Shown: in pieces, positions 22,559 through 32,703 of the stretch
Layout of the letters: each line of letters starts with the position of its first letter
Position numbering within the stretch: the first letter of the stretch is position 1
DNA from: Asterionella formosa
Lineage: Eukaryota
Assembly: GCA_002256025.1 (NCBI GenBank)
Contig: NKIB01014934.1
Location: 1 to 39,456, forward strand
Direction of reading: 5' to 3'
Length of the DNA: 39,456 bases
The notes under the pieces: model-generated
Told to the model about the DNA's origin: nothing
Seen by the model: only the letters and a program-made list of their open reading frames with translations
Database searches by the model: none
Program-made: the position numbers and the translations under genes

Positions 22559-23893
22559 TTAGGTACCACGAAAGGTGCTCTCTGTGGAAGTCGAATGATA
22601 TAAAGTCTTCTCATCACCAGCTTGCCTTAACAAAGATCCGCCTTCTTGTCCATCATGCACAATCAAGTGCGGGGCCAGAATATGGGTGGCGGTCGATTCA
22701 AGTACTGTCATAAAGAACACGAGACCAGAGTAAAAGGCAATCACATGAACAGGATCAGTCCATCCTAATCCAGCGGTTCCAAAGGGAACCACAACCAAAA
22801 CACCTAAAACAACCCACCAACACCACATAATAAGCTTCACATCTGGAGGGTCGAAAGGTCTTGGCATTCTTCCTCCATAGTGAAGAACGCGCAACAAAAA
22901 GAGGATTGTGAGAGCAACTCCAATGGAAATGCCCATGAGACGCGAGGCAAACGGTGGCAACATCTCCTCTTGTATCACAGCAACGACAAACATCTTCACT
23001 GAAACTCCCACCGCCAGCAATGCCAGTCCCAAAAGTCGGGTGAAAAAAATGAGCACAGCTCCGTGGATACGAGAGCGCCGAATGGCGTGGTCTGCCATTG
23101 GTGGATCCATGTGAAAGTACATGAGTGTGAACATGAACACCAAAAGAAATTCCAACGAAAGCACTATATTGTATCCCTGGTCGCTTGCAACCATTGTCTC
23201 TTTGCCTCTCATCTCACGGTAAAGAATTGTAGCAGACACGACAGTTTCCCCGAGCATGACAAGAACGATACACCCAAATCGATCCCTCGTATGTTCAATA
23301 TTTAATGGTATCAATGCGTTTCCTTTTAAAACCAAGATTCCAACAAATTCTAAGGAAAGTTCGATTACAACAGCAATCCACCAACAGATAGGCGCTAGCT
23401 CTGGGCGAATGGAAGCCACCAAGAACATCGAAATTACTAGAACAATTGAGAGGACGAGCAACGTACAGAACTGACGGGCTCTCGGGATGAACACATAGAT
23501 ATTCACCAACATGATGAGAACCGCGAGGCGCTGCAATATGGCTCCCCTTGAAAACTGAATAGCAGTATCATAGCCAGCATTGATTATGCATTGTGCAAAC
23601 CCAAGTAAATAAACAAAGAAATTCAATGTGTGCAACAAGGTGCCATCTTCAAACCTAGTTGTGATGTGGTGAGTATATAACAGCCAACTGTTGATGAAGC
23701 AATAGTAAATGACACAGAATTCGGCAACGCCAGCCATGGTCGGATTGTCCTTCAATCCATCCGCAGTGGCGCTAGCAGCTGCCACCAAAAGCAAATCTAG
23801 AAAGAGTTCCCAGTATCTCGCACTCGCTGCTGTTTCCTCAGTGTCCCAGTCCTGCAAGAGCACCGGAGCTCCGTAGAGCATTCGGGCTACCAT
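22559..23893 (-). CDS. Low temperature requirement protein A (LtrA)-family polytopic membrane protein, 444 aa
   Basis: Motifs ARYWELFLDLLLVAA, TRFED and IPLNIEHTRDRFGCIVLVMLGETVV, plus roughly 11-12 hydrophobic segments. Confidence 0.85.
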   Translation of the reverse strand: MVARMLYGAPVLLQDWDTEETAASARYWELFLDLLLVAAASATADGLKDNPTMAGVAEFCVIYYCFINSWLLYTHHITTRFEDGTLLHTLNFFVYLLGFAQCIINAGYDTAIQFSRGAILQRLAVLIMLVNIYVFIPRARQFCTLLVLSIVLVISMFLVASIRPELAPICWWIAVVIELSLEFVGILVLKGNALIPLNIEHTRDRFGCIVLVMLGETVVSATILYREMRGKETMVASDQGYNIVLSLEFLLVFMFTLMYFHMDPPMADHAIRRSRIHGAVLIFFTRLLGLALLAVGVSVKMFVVAVIQEEMLPPFASRLMGISIGVALTILFLLRVLHYGGRMPRPFDPPDVKLIMWCWWVVLGVLVVVPFGTAGLGWTDPVHVIAFYSGLVFFMTVLESTATHILAPHLIVHDGQEGGSLLRQAGDEKTLYHSTSTESTFRGT

Positions 23894-24137
23894 TGCTGGC
23901 TACTGATGATACGTATTGTGAAATTGAATGAATGATGATAGTGAGTTCTTCAAAGGCAACAATCACATCAGGATGTATCACAAAATGGAAAAATGCAACA
24001 GAAAATATATAACACTACTAAAATAAGTATAGATATAATGCAACACCAATTAAATAAGAACGAAAAAATCACAAATTGAAGTCGGCAGTACATGATACCG
24101 GTAGCACAAATCATATATCGGCATACGGGACGAGGGA

Positions 24138-24170
24138 GTACCTGGTAACCTGGTACCTGGTACCTGGTAC
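24138..24170. repeat. CCTGGTA 7-mer tandem array upstream of the LtrA-like gene
   Basis: gtacctggtaacctggtacctggtacctggtac. Confidence 0.9.
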
Positions 24171-26103
24171 ACAATGGACTGCATGCAAATATCAATAAGA
24201 ACACATAAATATCCACATTTAAACATACCGAAAGTCATTTCATAAAAGGAATTTTCTATCTGTCATTTGTGAGTTTTCCTATGGTGCTGATGATCAGTTA
24301 CCTTGAAATTTTAACTTTGTCAAAAGTATAGAATTTCTGGAAAGCATTGTTTCTTGAGCACCCCCTGAAACAATAGGATGCATCCCTGAAATGCTTACCA
24401 GAAACTAAACTTGATGTAGTGTATGTTCATGTTCATGTCCATCAAAATGTGCAAATGTCATGATTTGAGATTTGGGCTATGTTAGTATCTTGCTATGTAA
24501 ATTAGTAAAAGCATAATCATCTTTAAATTTCTCCTAAATAGCTTTAGAAAAACACATTGAAAAAAACAAAAAAATGGACAAACCAAATGGCATCATCATA
24601 CATGATTGTCCTTCAGGGATGTTTACACTGGCTCAGCACATAGTTCCAACCTTGCTGCCATGATACTCCATCAAGAAAGGTAAGTGTTGTATTGTATGAC
24701 AGCTCTTTGATGGATGATAGTCAGAGGACTCATGTAACGAAGTTGTCAACTTGGCATGTGTTGGTTGAAAGTGAATTGGCTGATTGATGATTGTTGTGGG
24801 GACACCAGCAATATCCACTTATTACCCTTGTTGCTCTTCATCCTTGGCTCTCCATCAGACAGTGTCGTTCAAGATACTACTGAGTGTAGTAGGTAGACAT
24901 GGTTGAAATGAAAATTTCGATTTACGGCTGGACAAGCAAAATACTTTGGGGCCAACATCTGTGGCAATATGCAATAGTGTAACTGGCGATCCTCAAGCAG
25001 GTGCCCAGCCAACAAGGAAGGCATAAGAGTTTCCAGGATCTTCTTCATTGTAGAAGTGTAATCGAATTCATGAGGAAGATGAACAGCCTCGCATAAACAA
25101 CCAGCCCATCAAATGACAAGTAATATAAACCTCAAAACTCTCTGGAATGACAAGCAACCCTTGCTTACATGCTCGTCTGTGAACTAAAATCGCATTCCAA
25201 TTAGTAAGCAGCACAATTGACTAGCAAGTGCAGGTACTATTAGAGCTCTTTCTGTATTAGCTGCAATACTCATCCAACAAACCAACATACTAGCAAGGTA
25301 TTGATGGTAAGGATCAAACAATGAAAAACGGAGGTATTCATCATGGTGAGTGAAGTGTTCTACTGCAAGGTTAGTGTACGGTATATGGCAAGTGTTGTCC
25401 TTAGAGTCATGATCATTAATTATTATCGACTGCTGGTATATTCATGCATATTCTTTGAATGAAGTGGAAATGAACATCAAATAAGAAGGTGATTCTACTT
25501 TCGTGTATGTATGTAAAACTTATGAATATTTTATAGATGATTGCCGTGGGTAGGAATGGTACAAGGGTGGATGGCTGGGTACTGTAAATAGTGGCATGGT
25601 GAGGAGTTGAAGCAAGTCAGCCTTGACAAGGGAGGAATTTTTTCAGAAACTGAGTAGTATAGTAACAATGGCTGGGGTTAGACCAAGCAACAAAATTTTC
25701 TAGTCATATCCAGAAGATAAGAAAGGCGCAATGTTGAAAAAATACTATTACTAGTATAGTACTGCCATTATGCACAAGGATGGCACAATGACTTCCAACT
25801 AATCTTGAGAATATATGACACTATTTTACAGGGAAATAAAATACTTTGGGGGGATCCAAGTGGTGCTGAGCCAAGAATCTCAAAGCCAACCAAATGCTTG
25901 ATGAAAGGAGTACCGTTGCCCGTATTCCTATATTTTTCAGCCTATGTACAGTAACTACATAACATGATGCTCATTTCATCACATCAATTACAACATATCG
26001 GTATATTCTAGTGCTGATCTCTGCTTGTTGTTTGAGAATCAAACTGATGGACGAACTCTGAATAACACAACCACATCTACCCTCGAATCCAAAACACTGC
26101 AAT

Positions 26104-26907
26104 ATGTCTTCCGACGACTCCGACAACTCCTCAGTCGAGGAACAAGAAGACGTTCCGGAGCCGCTTACCAAAAAACTGAAGAAGAGCGATGTTGGCTCAG
26201 TCCCACTCGAATTGGCGCCCATCATCACGACCAAACAAAAGAAGCAATCGGCTCGCATCATTGTGTTGCTTGACCAAGCCACGTTGGAAACTGTCAAGAA
26301 TCGCAATGGCGTGTACGAGTTACTTAACTGTGATGATCACCGAGATTTGTGCAAAAAGAAGCTCAAGGTGGACCCCAACGATTTCCGACCTGATATTCTT
26401 CACCAAGAGTTCCTTGCATTGATGGACTCACCCCTGAACAAGGCTGGATTGCTTCAAATTTACATTTCAACTGCCAAGGGTGTTTTAGTGGAAGTAAACC
26501 CAGCGACACGTATTCCTCGTACGTACAAGCGATTTGCTGGATTGATGGTTCAATTACTGCACAAGATGAAAATCAAGGCTGGGGCCGAATCAACAACTTT
26601 GCTAAAGGTGGTGAAGAATCCGTTTTCGATGCATCTGCCTGCTGGAGCACGGTGTTATGGAATGTCCTGTGAAGGAACGTTGTATAGTCCTATTGCCTTG
26701 CCCAAAGCCTTGATCCCTACAGATGCACAGGCTCAGGATGCACCACCCACATGCTTTATTGTTGGGGCAATGTCGAGTGGACACATTACTATCAATGACC
26801 ATCCTTACATCGAGAAAATGATTAGCATCAGTGAATATCCACTGAGTGGAGCAGCTGCTTTGTCGAGAATTATGGGAGGAATTGAACATTACTGGGGTAT
26901 CGTATAA
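26104..26907 (+). CDS. EMG1: 18S rRNA pseudouridine N1-methyltransferase EMG1/NEP1 (SPOUT family), 267 aa
   Basis: Motifs YELLNCDDH, RPDILHQ...LMDSPLNKAG, VNPATRIPRTYKRFAGLMVQLLHK, VGAMSSG, ISISEYPLS, C-terminal WGIV. Confidence 0.96.
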   Translation: MSSDDSDNSSVEEQEDVPEPLTKKLKKSDVGSVPLELAPIITTKQKKQSARIIVLLDQATLETVKNRNGVYELLNCDDHRDLCKKKLKVDPNDFRPDILHQEFLALMDSPLNKAGLLQIYISTAKGVLVEVNPATRIPRTYKRFAGLMVQLLHKMKIKAGAESTTLLKVVKNPFSMHLPAGARCYGMSCEGTLYSPIALPKALIPTDAQAQDAPPTCFIVGAMSSGHITINDHPYIEKMISISEYPLSGAAALSRIMGGIEHYWGIV

Positions 26908-27073
26908 CACCATCACAGAATGTACGGTAATTTCAAACTAAAAGGTTGATCATGGTTTTGCTCTATATCCCCAATTAGTTTCCTATGTGGCAGACCATGT
27001 CTCCATTTCTATCATGAAATTTTTTTGAGTATCTGATGGATGCATTGTTACCAGCACTATTGGCAGACACCCA

Positions 27074-28825
27074 TCAAGATATGTTACGAAAAATATCAGG
27101 TTTTTGCTGCAAGAAGTAAAAAAATGTGCTCACATTTTCGTTAGATGCCTTTTCCAGCACCTTGGGCCACAATTCGACGGGGAAGTCCGAATCAAGTGCA
27201 AGTTTTCTTCCAAATCTGTTGAGATTCAAGAAATATTCAAGGCGCATGCTTTCCTTCCTTGGACAAGCGAGTCCAAGCAATGAGGCAATGTGACCTTCAA
27301 GACGAGTAATGGATGAGTTCTGTGCAAAGGCGTCCACAAAGAGAACTTCGTCCTTTTCTGCAATGGAAAAGTTCAGATGAAGGTTCGTTATGGTCTTATT
27401 TGCCGCTATACCATGAGCAAGTTCCTTCACAGCAGGGGTACCAATCATTACGCACTCATCTTCTCCCATACGCATAAGGGTTAGTTTTTGAAGATGTGAA
27501 CTATATTGCCCACCATGTCGCCCTTCCAAAAGGTATCGTACTCCGTTGAAAGCTCCAATACCCCATTCACAAGAACCAATGGTAAGCGCTTCCATGGTTG
27601 GGTTGCATACGACGCGGCGACAAATCCAGGCAACGTCAGAGACTTCCAAATGTGCACTCACAATGTCGACCTCTTTTATAGTTGGGTGGCGTTCTAGGAG
27701 GAGAGCCAGTTCTTTGCCATGGTGTATCAATTCTTTGATTGGGGAATGTTTCCATAATAGTTTCCTGATAGACTGATTTTTTCTTAGGGCTTTCACAATG
27801 ACATTAATAGATTCGAATGGAGTTTTGCTTGAATGGCACAAGCAAAAACACTCCAAGTAGTTGAATCCAAATATCTTGGCAAGCTCGATAGCGCCATGTG
27901 CGAATATTGGGCACTCCAAAATAGCAATCACTTTCATGTTGGTGATGGGTAGCTTACTTAGAAACACAGCAAGTGCGTTTTGATCCGTCATATCCCGCTT
28001 GGCCCTGAGGCACAATTTCGAGAGAGTTGTAAACATTTCAAGATGGTCTGCCCACAATAGCATTTCTTCAGGCGATACATCGAGAAGGAGCTTGGTCAAA
28101 GGGCTTGTTTGAAGTGCATTAATTAGTCCTCCAAATGTGGCAGCGTCAAACATGGGAGCGACAAAGTCAGGTCTTTGGGTAATCCCAAAAGTTTCGAGCC
28201 TTTTCATTCGGCGTAATAATTTTTCAAGCGTATGTTGTTGTTTAGAATTCAATGGTCTACATGGAGCAAACGTAAATGCTCGGAGATTCGAAAAGTCTTG
28301 ACACAGTCCAGCAGGTGAATCCATTTTTCTCATCCATTCCGTTTCCCAATATTCATGAGACGTATTGTCAAAATCACAGTCCAATAAATGCTTGCTACGC
28401 GGACAAGCCAAGGTGGAAAGCTTCAAATGGGCAAGGCGTGTCGCAGTCTTACATGTAAACGCAGAAAGGAATCGAGTCTCAAATTTTCTATCAAAGCCTC
28501 TCACAATCAGGTCGGTAAGGAGGTTAACATGATCGCGAAGGAAGCCGTGAAACACATGTAACAAGAAAAAGTGTGCTCTTGTTGACAATTTGTAGTCATC
28601 CTCCAACGCACTTGCAAATTCCAATGGTGTCACCATCACCATTGACTTATTCGCATACATAATAGTGAGTGTAATGAGGCAAGGAACGTCGGGATTTGCC
28701 TCAATGGTCAAGTGTTCTGCCAATGTGAGCCTGCTCAAGAGATCCATGACATCTTCAGGATAAACGGAATGTCGGAGTGCTCCAAGCAAGGTGTCCCTGG
28801 CGCACTTGTGAGGAAAGTCTGTCAT
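27074..28825 (-). CDS. RNI-like leucine-rich-repeat protein of a diatom-expanded family, ~583 aa
   Basis: Repeats such as ALRKNQSIRKL, LLERHPTIKEV, GIAANKTITNLHL and AFAQNSSITRL. The typical C-terminal cap is LEYFLNLNRFGRKL...PVELWPKVLEKA...FFYFLQQKPDIF. The ORF-track start (28912) is a GTG; the first ATG is 28825. Confidence 0.8.
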   Translation of the reverse strand: MTDFPHKCARDTLLGALRHSVYPEDVMDLLSRLTLAEHLTIEANPDVPCLITLTIMYANKSMVMVTPLEFASALEDDYKLSTRAHFFLLHVFHGFLRDHVNLLTDLIVRGFDRKFETRFLSAFTCKTATRLAHLKLSTLACPRSKHLLDCDFDNTSHEYWETEWMRKMDSPAGLCQDFSNLRAFTFAPCRPLNSKQQHTLEKLLRRMKRLETFGITQRPDFVAPMFDAATFGGLINALQTSPLTKLLLDVSPEEMLLWADHLEMFTTLSKLCLRAKRDMTDQNALAVFLSKLPITNMKVIAILECPIFAHGAIELAKIFGFNYLECFCLCHSSKTPFESINVIVKALRKNQSIRKLLWKHSPIKELIHHGKELALLLERHPTIKEVDIVSAHLEVSDVAWICRRVVCNPTMEALTIGSCEWGIGAFNGVRYLLEGRHGGQYSSHLQKLTLMRMGEDECVMIGTPAVKELAHGIAANKTITNLHLNFSIAEKDEVLFVDAFAQNSSITRLEGHIASLLGLACPRKESMRLEYFLNLNRFGRKLALDSDFPVELWPKVLEKASNENVSTFFYFLQQKPDIFRNIS

Positions 28826-29247
28826 GGCTGAGACAAATGTTGTTGTTGATGTTAATGATGATGAGGCGTGTCGTTTGGTATTGATTGCTGCGCCTCTTGT
28901 TTTTCTCACCACTTGAGTAGATTTGTGATTTCCAAATTATGGCATAGTCTGTGTTTCTGTGTTTCATCCGAACTGGACAATGACAGAATTCATCCAAACT
29001 TCGTTCCACATGTCGAACGAAATCTTGCACTCATCACGTTCACGGCGAGGGCGAGGAATTCTCGCTCTCGCTCGCAAGTCAGTCCATTGTCTTGACGTGG
29101 AGTGAGTGGATATCCGCAAGCTATCCAAGCACCTTGCAGCTGACCACCAGGTACGGTAATACTATATGTTATGTCTAACAATCTACCGGTAGAATGCTCA
29201 AATCAGTCTCCATAAAAGAAAGGCTCATCCTAAAACACTGATACATT

Positions 29248-29265
29248 TATATATATATATATATA
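29248..29265. repeat. (TA)n microsatellite
   Basis: tatatatatatatatata. Confidence 0.9.
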
Positions 29266-29400
29266 GATTGATTGATGTGGATCCTTCATTCGTACTCGTA
29301 CTATTATACATACATATAAGAGAATACAGATTACCGGGACTTTTCCCAAACAGGGTTGAAAAAGAGAAAACTATTCGTAAATTCAACTGCCCATAGGCAT

Positions 29401-29732
29401 TTGCACCACAATTGCACCACCGATTGCACCACTATTACTTAGAGAAACCAAAATTGCACCATCAGACTATCCATATATAAAATCCGTGCTACGGCCTGCA
29501 CTACCGTAGTGATATTTTCTACATAGGATCACGATCAGATTCATATAAGATATGAATTTTGTAGTAGCTAACGGCCGAAGACTACCCGGTACATACATGT
29601 AATAGGACATACCGGTACTAATAAAGTATTGCTAGCATTTTGTATCATATATATAGGTTACTACCGGTAATGAATTTTTAACTAAGGCACTCCTTGCTGA
29701 CGTCATCTTGTCGCTGCACCACATTGCACCAC
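29401..29732 (+). promoter_or_regulatory. Cluster of six same-strand TGCACCA(C) motifs in the divergent LRR/PLAC8 intergenic region
   Basis: Four copies in 29401-29461 (ttgcaccacaattgcaccaccgattgcaccac...aattgcacca) and two in 29714-29732 (ctgcaccacattgcaccac). The regulatory role is inferred only. Confidence 0.45.
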
Positions 29733-30475
29733 AATAGACCTACTGGTACTATACCGGTAGTTCAAAAATTGAACTGTACGCTACCAGTCCCTGGAGTGGA
29801 TCCTACATAGACATGCGTAAAGAATTGAATAGGCGCTTCTACAAAGTGATAAAACACACATTTAGCTCGCATGCAAGATTTCTTATATATATTTATGTAT
29901 GTATAATAGTAAGCGTGACAATCATGGCATTTTGCTAAATAAATAATTGATAAAACGATATATCAACGAAATCAATTATATCCGTTTATATGTTGCTTCG
30001 TATCTGTTTACATTTTAAATTTAAACCATATTTGTCGATACCGCCAATGCTGTGGTTTCGCGCTCACGAGGAAGGCGATGCCATATCGAACAAATGTTCT
30101 AAAATATACATATATGAATATTAATTTTCAGTTTTGTCATATGTGGGCATGATCGCTGACAAGACACTCTGCCCGTCATTTACCGTTTCTTTAACAGAAC
30201 GAAAGGAGCACACCATCAGGGTTCCTGTCCTCAATGTAGAAATCCCTCACATCATCCAGCATTTGATCGTTGGACATTGACAAGTCGCAGCGATCAGCAT
30301 CTTCCTCATTGTCGTCATCCATCACAACAGCCGTTCACCCTTCCACTCTAGCGGTGGGCTGATTACGTCTGTGTAGCTGTCATCAGTGGATAGTATCCAG
30401 ATTCCGTGTGCACCACGAAAACGAGACACAAACACCTTCCACCAACTACTAGTACAGTACAAAGCACAAATCACC

Positions 30476-32559
30476 ATGGCAGACAAGAGGATTTTAGAGG
30501 CCCACAACGCCTTTTCGTCCCCCACCAAACTAGGCCTCAGGTACACTGCTCCTCCAAAGTCACCCATTCAGCGCAATAGTCCCACGACTGCTTCCTCTCC
30601 GTCGCGGCAGTCTCACTTCTCCGATGCCACTGCATCCACGTCGCCAGGACTCAGCAAGGCGGACTTGGCGGCTGCCATTAATGATGCTGATAGTGCACTG
30701 GCCGGAGTGGCGTCTTCACAAGTTCCAGAAATCAGCAGGTCGTCCCCTGTCAAGGAAACGATTGTTGGCAGAGCGATGAACCAACAGCACACGGGAAGCA
30801 GAGATGGGTCGACCAGCTCTGCTTCCTCAATGTCCTCTGTCTCACGCAAAGAATTGGATTTCAAACACAATGACAATACCTTTCACGTAGTAGCGAACTT
30901 GATCTTGGAGAAATTTCAGGCGAAGATGACTCCTGGAGACACATTCTTGACATTGGATGCGGCGGATATTGCCCATTTGGACCAAATAGCGCCCCATAAT
31001 GTCAGAATTTCATTTGTGGAAGCGGTTCGCTATCGGTTGGAGCACAATTGTCCTCCAAACTCGGATTTGAACATTCATGCATTGACGCGGGAATGTGGTG
31101 ACATTGGACTTGCAAGACATGGGAATGATAATCCATTGTTGGCCACTCTAAATGCTGCTGGGATGAAAGCCATTACAATTGCGGTGAGTTAGTTGACTTG
31201 AACATATATATCAATACTTTTGTAATCAAATGCCTCATTTTATCGCATCGTCACATTCTATCATAGGTCCCACCTTTGAGGAAACACAGAAACAGTGGGT
31301 CCCTTACTAATCCTGCTCGACCTGGCATCCCACCTCCATACCCCGGCACGCATTCATCTGCAATGCCAATCTCTGTACCGCCTACAAGAGGCGATGCTTC
31401 CGTTGCCTCCGCAGGGGGGTCGACCATTACTGGGGTTTCGGTTACCGAAGCTCATGTCTCCACCACTGAATCACTGGCACGTCAACAGCTCATGGCGGAA
31501 CTCCGAGAAGCGTCCAACTTAATGGCTGAATCGGTCACTCCAGAGGCGGCCACGTTCTGGAGAAATCACGTAGTGGATCTTCAAGCACGTCTTCGAGCCT
31601 TGCATGGGGAAGGATCGGGTGATACCACCCGTGGACAGTACGAGCACACACCCATCAGTTATCACCAAGGACCTGTTTATGAACCCGCGTTCCCAGATGC
31701 ACCTCCCACCTACCAACCAGAGCCTAAGGCAAAGTACGAGCCACCCCACCAGCAACAATCCCGAGAATCGATTGCCCCTCCAAAGCCAGTTGCTCCAGCT
31801 CCCGAGAAACGATCTACTGGCGGTCGTGGACGTCCAATTGTGGATGTGATTGCTCCTGCAGCCTTGCCCGGTGGATATCATTTTGAAGCTGAAATCCAAG
31901 GCCGCCGTTTCCTGGCCGTTGTACCTGCAGGTGGCGTCAAAAAAGGAGAGACATTTTCGTGCTTGATGCGGGACCTTGAAATAGTCGCACCTGGTGTTCC
32001 TGTTGGTCGCTGGAGAGACAGACTTTGCGACTGCTGCAATTACGGCATTACCCATGCACTCTTTTGCAATGCACTCTTTTGTCCCCTCCTCGCCCTCGGA
32101 CAAGTGATGACTCGCCTTAATTATGATTTTTTGGGGCGTCCATCGCCAGTGAAGAGGACAATGACTGCCTACTGCACCATGTGGTCGATTGTGATCTTTG
32201 CCATTCTCATGAATTCATTGATTTATGCTGCTTATTGTTACAAGTGGTCTTTCAACATGCCTCTGTCATATGCCGATATTGCTGCAAGTGTCCTTTTGAA
32301 TGCGTGCCTTGTGGCTTTTACCATTTCTGCCACATCGGCGGCACGAGCAACTCTCCGTGACAAATATATGATTCGAGAGCATCGATTTTTTGATTTGGAA
32401 GATTGCTGCTGTGCCACCTTTTGCATGCCTTGCACCATTTGCCAAATGGGCCGGCACACGGTGAACTATGATGAAGTTGATGCTGTCTGCTGCAGTGCGA
32501 ATGGGTTGAGCGCAAAACCTACTAATTCAACAAAGAACACGTCAGGATATATAATTTGA
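30476..32559 (+). CDS. PLAC8 (Cys-rich, PCR/CNR-like) family membrane protein with long N-terminal extension; exons 30476-31183 and 31267-32559, ~666 aa
   Basis: An 83-nt intron GCG|GTGAGT...tcatag|GTC in phase 0 joins two ORF-track entries. PLAC8 motifs: GRWRDRLCDCC, NALFCPLLALGQVMTRL, RATLRDKYMI, EDCCCATFCMPCTICQMGRH. Confidence 0.88.
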
Positions 32560-32703
32560 AGTTGCTGATCATTCTCTCCCTCGTCCAATTTTGTCAGTTA
32601 ACCGTAGTTACTATTCCATAACGCTTTAATCAATTCTATTTCTCTTGTTTTATCAATTGACTTTTGTAATTAATGTCAACTTAAACTCATAGTACTGTAT
32701 CGT

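Noticed and set aside
22559..23893. LtrA read as the group II intron maturase LtrA or as recent bacterial HGT
   Set aside because: The motifs fit the unrelated low-temperature-requirement membrane family, which is widespread in eukaryotic microbes; there are no RT motifs.
24600..25900. Possible degraded TE or gene relic between the LtrA-like gene and EMG1
   Set aside because: No long ORF, terminal repeats or transposase/RT motifs could be identified.
31519..32103. 194-aa minus-strand ORF
   Set aside because: Antisense shadow of the PLAC8 exon 2.
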